64,000 nucleotides of DNA from Phoronis australis (taxonomy: Eukaryota > Animalia > Phoronida): contig NMRA01000275.1 in NCBI GenBank assembly GCA_002633005.1, forward strand, positions 185,282 through 249,281, written 5' to 3'. The stretch's first letter is position 1. Each line of letters opens with the position of its first letter. The notes beneath the pieces were generated by a model that saw only the letters and a list, made by a program, of their open reading frames with translations, was not told where the DNA came from and did not search any database. Of the stretch, positions 1-12,400 are shown piece after piece. Both the position numbers and the translations under genes were made by a program.

Positions 1-654
1 AATCAATTAATGACCTGTAGCAACTGCTACCCAGTCACAACTTGGGCGTATATGTCACTATTTCCAAAGAGAACGTACAAAAAGGCAACGCATACATGTA
101 TACAATGACAAAAGAAAAGAAAATCAGACCTACCTGCTCAGGTATTATTAAGTAAGTAACAAGTGCCAACTTTTTTCGCCTGAGAAATGCCTCATAAATG
201 AACTGATAACTAATTTACTTGCAATGGTGTTAGTCATCAAGAAAACGAACTGGTTCTGAATTCCTATCTCGCCAAATGACGGCCAGAGCAACATGACCTG
301 TGCAAAAAAAACAGTTCTGAGATCAGAGTAAGATCACACGAGCAAAGGAAATGTGTCTCATCCTCTACGCATGAGGCAGACAACAATTACACAAGTGCAC
401 CTCAACCGAAGTAAAAATACCGAAACGACCAGTTTCCAGTCTCAGCCACAAGACTTAACATCTAAATTGATAAAAGAGGGATTTATTTTTTCTAGAAATG
501 CTCATTTAAAATAAACTTCTGTTTAATGATTAGTTTTAAATTTGTGTTTGCTCACAATTTCTGCCCTCTATTCAGACTTGGAAAGATTCATCAGTTTCAT
601 TTGGCATTATTNTTCTTCATATCAGCAAATGTTACAAATGTGGGAAGGTTTTCA

Positions 655-2416
655 TTTTTATGCGCCCACATATTTATATGTGGACGCACTATGCCGTCAT
701 CGCCGTCCGTCCGTCTGTCCGTCCGTCCGTCTGTACGGCGTCCGTCCGTCCGGCGTCCGCTGCTCTATCTCCAAAACCCTTTGACATACGTTTATGAAAT
801 TCTGTACATATGCCCCTATCGTAGATGGGACGGCATGAGCGAACGGACGGATCCAACTATCGGTGTGCCCCCGAGTGGCAATTTTAGTTTTTACGTATAC
901 CGCTATATCTTCAAAAGTGTTCAACGTATTTTCATAACATTTGCCATATAGGCATCTATTAGTGAGATGACGCTATCCGCCCGTTTTCGGATGGATTCAA
1001 CGCAGGTTGCGCTACCCAGTAGCCATTTTTGCTGCTTTCGAGTCTGTTTTTGGCGTCCACCCCTCTATCAACCAAACCGCTCTTAGGATGATTGTGGAAA
1101 TTAGAATGTATGTTCTAACCATGAAGAGGACGGCTGACGATGATTTTCCGACGATTTCGAATACTGTGGCGTCTCCTAGTGGCAGTTTTTTGCGCCCATG
1201 GCTGTATCTCCTAAACTGTTGGCTGGATCTTTACTAAATTCAGCAAGACAAGTGTATTTATATGATGTTCACAATGGATGACGACGACGACTTTCGGTCG
1301 GATCTGACTACCGGTGTGATCCCTAGTGGCAGTTTTTGTTTTTTTTTACGTTTACCTCTGTATCTTCAAATGTCCTCAACGTATATGCATAAAATTTGGA
1401 ATATAGGCATCTATTAGTGATATGACGCTATCCTCCTATTTTCGTATGGATTCGATGTTGTTTGCACCATCTAGTGGCCATTTTTACTGTTTGTAGTCTG
1501 TTTTGGCGTCCATCACTCTATCAACCAAACCGCTGATTTTGAAAATTGGCATGTACACTGTATGTTCTTACTACGAAGCTGACGATGATTTTTCGACGAC
1601 TTCGACTCCTGTGGCGCTTCCTAGTGGCAGTATCTCCTAAACCGTTTGCAGCATCTTTGCTAAATTTAGCAAGTGTATTTATATGATGTTGACAAGGGAT
1701 GACAACAGCTTTCCGACGGATCTGACTACCAGTATGCCCCCTGTTGCAATTTTCATTTTTAGGCTTACCTCTGTATCTTCAAAGGTCCTCAACGGATTAT
1801 CAGAAAGTTTGGAATATAGGCATTTATTTGTGAGATGATGCTATCCTCCCGCTTTGGGATGGAATCAAGGTACTTTGTGCCACCTAGTGGTCATTTTTTC
1901 TGTTTTCGAGTCCTATTTTTAGCGTCCACCCCTCCATCAACCAAACCATTCTAAGAATGATTTTAAAAATTGGCGTATGTGTTTTCAGTGTGAAGAGAAC
2001 GGTTGACGATGACGAATTCGACTACTGTGGCGCCTCCTAGTGGTAGTTTTGTTTTGGTTTGCGTCCATACCTCCATCTCCTAAACTCACTGCAGGATCTT
2101 TATTAAATTTAGTAATTGTATTTATATGAAGCTAACAACAGACGACGACGTCTTTCACACGGATCCTATGAACGCTGTCTCATCGTGGCAATTTCATTTT
2201 GTTTTCCTTTGTTTCTCTTAAGTTTCTTAACATATTTTTGTGAAATTTAATATATAGCTTTTCATTAAAAAAGCAATGACATGTCTCCATTTTCAGATGC
2301 ATTGGATGTTTTTTCGCCATTTAGTGGCTATTTTATGAAACAAATAAACAACCCTAGAAACACTCCATTTGCGGTTCATTCGTGGGCGAATTTCTACGCT
2401 CCGCGTTGCTGTTGTT
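655..2416 (+). mobile_element. Helentron-associated non-autonomous element (HINE/DINE-1-like), family A copy 1, with internal ~150-bp tandem repeats
   Basis: 5' end is TTTTTATGCGCCCACATATTTATATGTGGACGCA (hairpin) followed by a (CCGT/CTGT)n microsatellite at ~703-760. About 11 diverged ~150-bp monomers follow. The 3' subterminal GTGGGCG is complementary to the 5' CGCCCAC, and the element ends GCTCCGCGTTGCTGTTGTT. Homologous copies lie at 12849, 32183 and ~34870. Confidence 0.75.
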
Positions 2417-2770
2417 CCTGTGTTGGATTATAGACGCCAATGAAAAGAACATGGTCAATATATGATTTACCTTTTCGGAAACCGTTTTGCTTCTCAGCAA
2501 GCATCCTATACTTCTCAACATAAAACGATACTCTAGCATTCAGAATACCGCAATATTTTTTTTAAACACAAGAAAGCAAGCCGATTACCCTGTAATTTAC
2601 ACGAGGATCTTTATCTGAACCTTTCGAAACAGGAATAATATTGGTTTTCAATCACACTTAGGGGACATACCGCTAATTAAAAATAGCTTGAAACAGGTTA
2701 GATATTATAATTTTCTGAACTTCTTGCACAGTAATGCCAGAGTTCAGTTCGTCATTGCATATGTAATAAC

Positions 2771-2840
2771 ATGGGCGGCACAGCACTGAAATAAATGGGG
2801 GGGCTATAGCCACCAATTCCCCTATGGTGCGCCGCCCATG
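2771..2840. mobile_element. Short MITE-like element
   Basis: Terminal inverted repeat CATGGGCGGC...GCCGCCCATG with a G/C-run interior. Confidence 0.5.
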
Positions 2841-2869
2841 AATCAGGGGACGGCATTAAACTTTTAACA

Positions 2870-4400
2870 TTATTCTTTTGACCTTTTAAAATTTATCATC
2901 AAATGACAATTCCGGAGCAAAATCGGAGTAAAGCGATTGATACTCAGTCCTTCATTAAGTACAAAATTCAGATTCGTGCGAACTGAATTATCTTCATCAT
3001 CAACCTCGAAAGGCACAGTTTTATTACTTCGTGGACCCAGTTTCTTGATATGGTCCCAGAATACCTGCAACTTTTGAGTATTGAGATTTTCGATCTTTTG
3101 TATTAAGCTTTTGTTAGAAGTTCTCTCAGTTTTCAAGTTTGTCGAAATTGTTTTGGACAATAATAAACATTTTTCTAAATAACTTCTTTACTGCACTATT
3201 CCCTTTACATTTCGAAAATTCTTTTTCCTTCTGGCACATTTATGTCCATGATGCAGATAAATGTGCATTCCAGTATTCCAGTAATGGCTGCCGCAAATTC
3301 TGTTGACCTCATGACTTTCTCAAGTAAAGGAACACACGTATCATAACGGCGATGATGAGTGTCGTTTGCCACCTCCTCACCAAGCGCGTTATCAAGCCGG
3401 ACGCAGTGACGAACCCTGAGTTCAAGGGTAAACAATGAAGGACCAGGAGCTTTGCATCTTTCGTTCACTAGATGCTTGAAGTTTAGCATCTCAATAAGCT
3501 TATTTGTGTTCAGAACTTGGAAGCGCCCACAATCGCCAAAACAAACGTGGGTGTTATAAAATAATCAACGACTGCCTCCCGTTCAATAATGCTAGGACTT
3601 CGCTAAAAAGCAAGAATTCGCGAGATTGCGTGAGATATTGCCGTGTATTTTAAATGAGAACACGCGACTTTGGCTAGATTTTAGCTAGGTCATAGAGTAG
3701 GTCCTAGCGTTTCTGAACGCATGCCTGACTTACCCCTACCGGAAACAGGTGAGTTCACCACTTACAAGGTTGACCTTCCCATTTATAACACACACATTAG
3801 AGTCCAAAAGGAAATCAATTAGAGATGTATCATGTGAATTAACGGGAGCATCGTCAATTACATTCCTTTGAGTAATATGATCAATTCCCTCAATTACGTC
3901 ATTGAGTGAGGCCACTCTTGCATTAAAATCGCCGCAGATAACTATTCTATTAGCATCGACTGCAGAGTTATATTGTTGCGTCAACGGATGAGAAAAAATT
4001 GGCTGCTATTTTGGCCGCGGGATGACCACTCAGGTGACATGTAACTAACAAAAGTAATAATAGTGTAAGCTGACACTTGTGTTTCAACTGTACACAGAGT
4101 ATGCTTTCAAAGGACTTGTCCACTACAGTAATATGATAACCATTGTATAAGTACACTTACATCCCCAGAACCCCTGCGAGCTTTGTTATGTAACAATAAA
4201 CGATTTGTGCCTACCATGAATAACCTTCAAGTGTGGGACTGATAGAATCACTTTTAAGTGAGTTTCAGTTACTGCAACAACATCTGCATTCAGGTGACAC
4301 AACATATCAGATCTTAGAACCGAGTTCTGATCAGAACAGCTATTTACATTCCACAGTGCTATAGACAAAATAGGGCTGTCAAGATCATGTGACTGAGTAT
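2870..4400 (-). mobile_element. Degenerate non-LTR retrotransposon ORF2 fragment (APE endonuclease plus linker)
   Basis: Frameshifted ORF pieces carry APE motifs in the expected order: SIALWNVN, VVAVTETHL, ESILCVQLKH, ICGDFNARV, RNVIDD..VNSH...LIDFL...VCVING, then the linker FWDHIKKLGP. Confidence 0.75.
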
Positions 4401-5071
4401 CGTTATTTCTTGCATTCTGTTGTTGTGCGTTTCTATTCCTGTCACTTTTCTCTATACGACCACTACCAGTAAAGTAAAACTTTTCTCTAGACCAAGCTCC
4501 TTCAGCAACTCCCTCATGTGTACCAGGTGTCCCAAAAAAATTCTCGGCAACGGATAAACCGATTTTTTCAAATTTCTTACTGATCAACCTTTCGTGTCTT
4601 AGCTTCTGGACTGTACATAGCAATAGAAACATTTCCCTGTGTCGATCACAGCATCGGAAAATAACGGTGGAAATTATGCTGATTTGCAGAACTTGAAGTA
4701 AGGACTATCGCAAAGCAGAAGTTTTAACGCGGTCGGCGAACGCTGCGAGCAGACGATTGCTTCAGTAAAAAAACACATACTCGTTATTAGGTCTTGATTT
4801 CCTGTAAAGACCTTAGATCCCAGGGTAGATATAGTGTATACATCCATAACGAAACGTTTTTGTTGGATTTGAATTAAATTTTGCAGATTTTACTACCCAA
4901 AAATAGCCGCCTGATCACCGTGCGTCGGAATTTTCATCGGTAAATCTTTTCTGTTTTTAGAGCAGTAAAACTGATTTTTCAGGAACGATGCCTTGAGTTA
5001 ATGATTTAGGTAACCCAAATGATTGAGCCCAATAACATTTGGCGTTGTACACGCGAATTTACACCACTACC

Positions 5072-5229
5072 CAGGGGCGGATCCAGGATTTTGAGTTGGT
5101 GGGGCAGGGCAACATATTAGCCAGGATTTTGTCCGTCAGACTTTCGCACCTCCGAAATGCCTAATGGAATCTGGGAGAATTTTAGGGGGGGAGTATGGCC
5201 CCCTTGGCCCCCCTCTAAATCCGCCACTG
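5072..5229. mobile_element. GC-rich MITE (CAGGGGCGGATCC.../...AAATCCGCCACTG family), copy 1
   Basis: Imperfect TIRs; alignable along its length to the copy at 61631-61785. Confidence 0.65.
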
Positions 5230-5474
5230 CCACCAGACTGCATGCACACCAACCATGAAATACATGTACGGCTTCTACCGTTGAATACGGCTTCTACCGT
5301 GATATACGGATTGGCTCTACTTTCCCGTACATCACAGTTGAATACGTCACATATACAATGGCCATTTTCATATATATGGGATAAATATAGATTATTACAT
5401 GGCGAAGTTGGTATTCCCCCGGTGTCTAGAGCCCGAGTGGATTTTGGAGAATTATCGTTCGAGGGGCGTCAGGC

Positions 5475-7095
5475 TGGCCAGTTCCTTTGTCTCTCACACT
5501 CCCATTCATGCCAGATTGCCAATCAACTCCAATTCTTCCAAGTGATCTAGTACGTTGACACTTCAGGTATTTGACAATATCTTTGTTGTAAGTAACACAG
5601 CGGCTCGCTGGCTTTGCCATTTTCCTTCAGAGCGTGACCTATTTTCATGAACCTCATTCCGTTTCTTAGCTAAATGTCAATAACGCAATATTTCGCTAAA
5701 AGAACGCTCGACGCAATTCTGGTTATCTTGAATAAATCTTAGTATGATTTTTTATTACGATTTACTTCCAATTTGGATCGTATCATTTTCTGCTTTGCCG
5801 CCCTCTGTTGGCGGCAGGATGATACAGGTGAAAGTGGTAAAAGTGCCTTCGCTTAAGTGTAAATTCGAGAATTAAAAAAGGTGCTGTCCACGGAAATAAC
5901 GATATCTTGTCAAAGACGAGAGCTGTAGCTATCACTGTGTGGGTGGTGTGCGTTTTTTGCGCGCTTGAATTACATAGGCCTCTATATAGGTCTAAATGGG
6001 TAACTGTATTTGGCCCGTGGAGGCAAGGTATTCAAAAGTTCCTTAAAAATATCAAAATACGTCATTCTGAATTATTTTTGGCATTCTCAATTACAAAAAG
6101 AATAGTTGTGTATAACTCAATCAATTTTTTATTTTTTAAACGCCCACGAAGTGGTTTAATTCCCATGGAAACATAGGGCATTTTCAACGGCCGCGCACAA
6201 GGGGTTAGGCCATTTTTTCACCCGATTTAGTTGTTCGTTATATATTTACAAACAGACGAATGACAAAGCTAATTTTCATATTTTNTGGCCAGTTCCTTTG
6301 TCTCTCACACTCCCATTCGTGCCAGATTGCCAATCAACTCCAATTCTTCCAAGTGATCTAGTACGTTGACACTTTTCAGGTATTTGACAATATCTTTGTT
6401 GTAAGTAACACAGCGGCTCGCTGGCTTTGCCATTTTCCTTCAGAGCGTGACCTGTTTTCATGAACCTCATTCCGTTTCTTAGCTAAATGTCAATAACGCA
6501 ATATTTCGCTAAAAGAACGCTCGACGCAATTCTGGTTATCTTGAATAAATCTTAGTATGATTTTTTATTACGATTTACTTCCAATCTGGATCGTATCATT
6601 TTCTGCTTTGCCGCCCTCTGTTGGCGGCAGGATGATACAGGTGAAAGTGGTGAAAGTGCCTTCGCTAAAGTGTAAATTCGAGAATTAAAAAAGGTGCTGT
6701 CCACGGAAATAACGATATCTTGTCAAAGACGAGAGCTGTAGCTATCACTGTGTGGGTGGTGTGCGTTTTTTGCGCTTGAATTACATAGGCCTCTATATAG
6801 GTCTAAATGGGTAACTGTATTTGGCCCGTGGAGGCAAGGTATTCAAAAGTTCCTTAAAAATATCAAAATACGTCATTCTGAATTATTTTTGGCATTCTCA
6901 ATTACAAAAAGAATAGTTGTGTATAACTCAATCAATTTTTTATTTTTTAAACGCCCACGAAGTGGTTTAATTCCCATGGAAACATAGGGCATTTTCAACG
7001 GCCGCGCACAAGGGGTTAGGCCATTTTTTCACCCGATTTAGTTGTTCGTTATATATTTACAAACAGACGAATGACAAAGCTAATTTTCATATTTT
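5475..7095. repeat. Near-identical 810-bp tandem duplication (5475-6284 / 6286-7095) joined at a single N; probable assembly or haplotype artefact
   Basis: The two copies differ by a few SNPs and indels, and the junction base 6285 is N. Confidence 0.85.
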
Positions 7096-7137
7096 TGTAG
7101 CTAATTCACCCCAAGTGATATATGTACTATATGAAAT

Positions 7138-8350
7138 TTAAAATTCGTGACATGTCATGGTCCCATGATATTGCAAATTGACTGACATTCTCATGCAGTG
7201 ACTCTTAAAGCTCCGAGAATTTTCAAACGAAAGATATCCCGTTCGAAATACCTGATCGATAGTATTGTCAACAATATTTGAACGGGGCATTTTCTTTTTG
7301 TGGAGTGTTTGAAAGTGATTTTTAATGGATCCATTTCGCAAATGCATAGATAACAGGCGACATAATGTGCAAGTTGTATAGCCAACGTATCTTGAGCAAT
7401 TAGTGTTAGAACGAATACATTCGTTGTGAGGGCAAATGAACTGATAAATCAAGTCAGTTTTGGTCAACATTCAGACTGACTTTGTGCGCATTTTGTTTTT
7501 AAACACAAGATCTTTAGTTTTATGGTTTTGGTAATATATAATTAACGAAAGGCTATCTTATGGTTTAATGATCTTAACATCGTTATGGATGATCCGTTTT
7601 AAAACTCTTTCATCTTCAATATAACGTGAATGGAATTGGTTGCGGTAGAATAGTTTCTTGGTACAACCACCTATTTGTTTTAAACACACAGGCTTGTGTA
7701 AGCAGCTTATGAAAAGCTTCATATTCTCATCAATAAACGTATAACTGTAACTGATATTTATCATAATTTGATTGATGCGGTTACACTCAGTGTTAAAGGT
7801 TTCCCAATCTCAGCATGCATTATGCTCATTTCAAGAAACTCGTCAAAACAGAGAGCCTATATCTCAGAGGACATTTGCTGGTTTCGTGAAAACAAACCCC
7901 ATTATATGTTGGCTTCCTATATACAGAGGTTTTAATGCCAGATTCATCATAATCAACAAGCCTCGGAATTTTGACGAAATGTCCAAGAAGTTTTGCCCAT
8001 GTCATAAACATGAGACTCGTGTAAGATTCTCTATATGTGTTCGGATATAAGGCCTTATATTTGTGATGGTTGCTATGTTTTTTTTCTGAGAATGTGTCAC
8101 TTTGTATATTAGGTGTTACGATATGAGTACAGTGTTGAGTGTTCAACGTGTGTCTTAACGCGATGTCATGTTTTATTTTACAGACGCTTTATGAATATTG
8201 GCCACTTCACGGTGATGATATGTTCGGTCCGTTTCACGTCGAAACTGTTCACTGGGATGATCTGGGAGACATTTCGATCAAAACATTTAAAGTTGTTGAT
8301 GTCCAAAAGGTGTGAGTTTTGTCAATGCATTACTTGTGGTTGGGAGGTCT
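7138..8350 (-). mobile_element. Degenerate Penelope-like element (RT C-terminus plus GIY-YIG endonuclease)
   Basis: ORF fragments KTSVYRKPT...CPLRYRLSVLTSFL (RT thumb region) and LIYQFICPHNEC...YVGYTTCTL...MHLRNGSIKNHF (GIY-YIG) occur in Penelope order, broken by stops and frameshifts. Confidence 0.8.
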
Positions 8351-8904
8351 AAAAAGAGTTGCACCGTAGTTTCCATTTTCTCTTCTAGATAGGTCTGTGT
8401 TATGTGATGTCACGTGACATCAGTCTTTAAGTTAGTTTACTGCTGGTTCTCAAACCTTCTACATTTGAGTGATCACCATGCCCACAGGCACTGCTTGCAG
8501 TGGTTGATTTTGCCGGCTCCGTCGGGTAAACTTGTAAAATCATCTGATCAGTTCTAGATCCCGATTTCCGGCTTATGTATTAATTAGAAATCGTAGCTGG
8601 TTCACCCATCGGAAATAGTGAAGTCAATCATGTGCAGCCAATGTCACACAAGCATAACACTTAGTTTTGGTCAACCACGAGCGTTTTTTTTTCTCATCAC
8701 TTTGAAAATTAAAAGCGTGTAATTGAAATCATTGAGCTGCACTGCTATTGAATAAACATTTTCGCAGAGAACTAAGAGACAAATTTGAAGTTTTGAAATG
8801 CGCCTACGCTTACATATCAGATCGCAGCTTAAGATAGTAAAATATCTCACCCAATCACCTCGTTTTCGACATTCATACAACAAGCAGAATATGCACATTC
8901 TCAG

Positions 8905-9270
8905 CAGCAAAACCACGGTGGTGCAGCAATGAATTCCTTTCTACTGCGGCATCAGCGGCAACGAGGAAGCAGACAGACTCTCCAAGGCAGAAAGCAAACT
9001 GGAGCAGACGGCGCTCCCATCATCGTATAGAGAAGTAAACCCCTCCTACGAAGTCACTTTAGCATCGCCTGAAAATCTCTGCTCACACAGACGAGTGCCC
9101 ATGTGGCACTGGCTCCGAGATACCTGAGCATTCACTGCTGAGCAGCCCTACCTTTGACACCCTAAGGGCCAGACATGGCCCAGTCTTGTGGAACTCAAAG
9201 TAAAACTGTGGGGCCCGACAGCATCATTGCGGCGAACCGCAGACTTTTCCCAGAAAACCAGAATAAACTG
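8905..9270 (+). mobile_element. 3' fragment of an RNase H-containing LINE (I-group-like), internally deleted
   Basis: Translates Q*IPFYCGISGNEEADRLSKAES (RNase H C-terminal motif W.P.H.GI.GNE.AD.LAK). The downstream DNA matches 19670-20010. Confidence 0.7.
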
Positions 9271-10031
9271 AAGAAGTTTTCGACATGGGGTTAGACTAAT
9301 TTCAAAAACAGAACTCTAGATAGTTCTATGTGTTTTGAAAATTTAATAATATTGCTCCCTCTATTGGGAATAGTTGAAATTGCCATCGTCACAGATATAC
9401 TTGCATACACACGTTCATTCCTTTGAAAACGACTGAGGAGGTTTTAAAAAATCTTGACTTAGGGTTAAATGGCTGAAATGCGTGGGCACAAGTGCATTAG
9501 AACGATTTCCATTATGTTTAGAATCACCAATGGTCCACCAATGCCGAAACCATTTCCAGGTGGTATCTAAAGAATTGATTGTTGGAAATTGTTGAAATTT
9601 GACGAATGATTACTTGATTTGAATGTAGATCGAGGCATAAGTTGATTTTCGGATCGACTTGGCAACCTTAGCTGGTGCCCATTTCAAATTTCCATGAGAT
9701 ATTCCTTGTCAAAAAGCGTATCCGGATGATATCTAAAGAATGACGAAAGATGTTATATGAATGTATGTGTGAATGTATGTGTGCATGCATGCAGCATGCA
9801 TGTATATATTTATATTTGATTTTATTTGATGTTAGTTTATAAAAGTAAGGTGCCAGTTTTTTTTTTCAATCCAACTGATTCCAGCTACCTGGTGTGGTCA
9901 AACTAGTTTTAACAACTTGAAAATTGTTCCATTGTACCTTATCTGAAGCTGATAAGTAGGAACATGGCGTTTGCGCTGCACTATAGGCACATATCTAAGC
10001 TTAGTGTAATTACTACTGTTACATCCTGTAG

Positions 10032-10186
10032 GATGGGGTGGACTTCAAGGAGATAAAACAGTACCAGGTGAAGAATTGGTTAAATGCGACGTCAGTGCCC
10101 TCTGTGGACACTCTTCTGAAGCTTCTTGGGCTTGTCAAGACATGGCAGCACAAGTCCGGAAACAACCCCATCGTCGTTCATTGCAC
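10032..10186 (+). CDS. Receptor-type protein tyrosine phosphatase, third-last coding exon
   Basis: tgtag|GAT...TGCAC|gtgagt, 155 nt; DGVDFKEIKQYQVKNWLNATSVPSVDTLLKLLGLVKTWQHKSGNNPIVVHC(T). The intron falls just after the HC motif, as in classical PTP genes. Confidence 0.88.
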
Positions 10187-10875
10187 GTGAGTCACCGCCC
10201 AGTTGCATGCATAGAGTGTACCGACCTTGTAATCGGCTTTTTAATTTTGTTTCACAATCGGCAGTCTGTGACATGATGGCTGATTATTACTTCACTGTTC
10301 ATAAACTAGCCACTGTCAATGTGCCGGTGCGGAATTATCCGATGAGTTACGGATGGACAGCAATTGCTGGTTTATCACGGAAGGTTACAAATAAGTGAGT
10401 TATTGATGTCGTGACCTTTCGTGACAAATCGGTAATTTGTGTTTGGCACATTGGCAGTACGCAGCGGTTTTTTGGGAAGATTTTTGTGCTTTGACCGCGA
10501 ATTTGTTGCAAACTCGCTGGAGCAGGACAAAGTAAATGCTATCAGAAGAAAGAACAATTGTTCATGGTTTGTTGAGCCCCTGTCTTGTGTAAATTTATTA
10601 AGTTATGTGTTTGGTGTGGACGGCTGAAGTGAAGCACAGGTCGAAATTCCAAGTCCCGAGTGTCATTACCTGTGAGTATGATTGGATTGGAGACGAACAG
10701 AAGCTGAGGACGCCTGTGAGAAAAACAAGGTTTTGGATCCTTGAGATAGTGAGGTATTGCTAGATTATAAACAGGCAACAACTCACAGCGACACAGGCTC
10801 TGTTTGAATTTGTGTGTCGTATTTTGACCTATTCACGTATGACGACAATTATTCTTTGTGTACCTGATTTTGCAG

Positions 10876-11011
10876 AAATGGCTCTGACCGTACAGGTGTG
10901 TTCTGTGCAACTGCTACGTTGTGTGAGCAACTCGAAACCAGCCGTGTCGTCGACGTCTTCCATACTTGTAAGCAGCTGAGAGTATTTCGACCACAATTCA
11001 TCACCTGCCTG
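10876..11011 (+). CDS. Receptor-type protein tyrosine phosphatase, penultimate coding exon
   Basis: tttgcag|AAATGG...TGCCTG|gtaaac, 136 nt, phase-compatible; NGSDRTGVFCATATLCEQLETSRVVDVFHTCKQLRVFRPQFITCL. Confidence 0.9.
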
Positions 11012-11187
11012 GTAAACGCTTTGTACTACCTTGAATCAGATTCTGTTTACACTGCCAACGATCTCCAAATAATCTGGGAGTTTTATTTCCAGCTATTTTC
11101 AAGATATTAACGGTCCCAATTCGTGTTGGTATGTCTTTTCCTTCTATAGCCTGAGGTGGTGTTTTTTTTAATACACGCCAACGATAT

Positions 11188-11719
11188 GCCCTTACAAAAA
11201 TGAACTTAAGTTTTTCGCTGAAAACTTAAGTTTTTGGCGAAAAAACTTAAGTTTTTGGAAAATAACTTAAGTTTTAGAGGAAAAACTTAAGTTCTTCCGA
11301 AAAACTTAAGTTTTTAAAAGAAACTTAAGTTTTTAAAACTTAAGTTTTTCGCCAAAAACTCAAGTTTTTCAGCACAATGTTGAGTTTTTCAGAAAACTTA
11401 AGTTTTTCAGAAAACTTAATTTTTTTCAGGTGTAAAACTTAAGTTTTCACAAATAAACTTAAGTTTCAAGTAATAACTTAAGTTTTCATGAAAACTTAAG
11501 TTTTTTGAACTAACAAAACTTAAGTTTTTCTGATAACTTAAGTTTATCTCAAAACTTAAGTTTTTGTAATTTTAAAAACTTAAGTTTTCCTGACTTCTTA
11601 AGTTTTTCAAAAAACTGGATTCTTTCATGTGTGGAAAACTTGAATTTTCTAAAAACTGTAAGGTTTCTATGTGATGAAAATTTACGTTTTCAAGTTTTTA
11701 AAATTTGAATGTAGTGGCC
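11188..11719. repeat. Array of ~20 palindromic AAAACTTAAGTTTT units (~20-nt period), foldback/MITE-like
   Basis: The units are directly visible. The array is bounded by imperfect inverted ends GCCCTTACA / TGTAGTGGC and lies in the last PTP intron. Confidence 0.85.
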
Positions 11720-11739
11720 TTTGCCGTGGCATGATAATG

Positions 11740-12200
11740 TAAGAAGTGAGTGCAGAAAGCCAGTGATCAAGAACATAGTTGAGTGGACACTTCCCCCAAC
11801 TTCTTAAACTACTTTCAGGGGATGTGGTGATAACATTTCTCAAGTCTCCTGGTCTATCTACAGCAACCTCTGACCTATTGGCACGGCGTTTTGGTCGTCC
11901 ATTTCTGCGGTCATCTTCAAGTGCTACAGATTTTTTAGAAGAACGAGCACGGGTATCTGGTACAGTTTTGATGGGAAATTGAAACAGGTTTTTTTTCTGG
12001 ATGATGGCAGCGTTTGAACCTGAGACAGTTTGGCTGTTTGTCTATCACTTCTACCGCAAGGGTCATTGTAGAATCCATAGTGCTTGTTCTTCTAAGAATG
12101 ATGTAACACCAGACAGTGGCTGGAGAAATGACCCACCGAAACATTGTGCCAATGTAAGTAGGTTGATGTAAAGACACCAAGAGAATTTAGAGATGAAGAT
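11740..12200 (+). mobile_element. Highly decayed Penelope-like 3' end (pseudo-LTR region)
   Basis: 12076-12190 is homologous to 53164-53280 (CAT(A/C)GTGCT(T/C)GTTCTTCTAAGAA...ACACC..AC..TGG...CCGAA.C.T.GTG), which has a hammerhead-like layout. Confidence 0.45.
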
Positions 12201-12324
12201 ACTTCCACTAATGTACAGACACTTCTGTCTGTTTGTACTTATCAAATTTCCCAGGTAGGCTTTCACTGGTTGGTGTTGTTTGTTATTTGTGAACATATAC
12301 ACATCGGCAAACACGCGCACCTTC

Positions 12325-12342
12325 CCACACACGCACACGCAT

Positions 12343-12393
<51 letters not shown>

Positions 12394-12400
12394 CATATAT
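12325..12400. repeat. Compound microsatellite (CACG)n(CA)n(TA)n
   Basis: Directly visible. Confidence 0.9.

Noticed and set aside
526-951. 141-aa ORF and other short ORFs over the family A repeats
   Set aside because: They are translations of the CCGT microsatellite and repeat monomers (PSVRLSVRPS), with no domain signal.
5475-7095. 810-bp tandem duplication as a real recent duplication or LTR pair
   Set aside because: The copies abut at a single N and differ at only a few sites, which is typical of overlapping contig ends from two haplotypes. Long reads would be needed to accept it.
11188-11719. CRISPR-like repeat-spacer array
   Set aside because: Eukaryotic intron; the repeats are 14 bp with spacers of 12 nt or less, and there are no cas genes.
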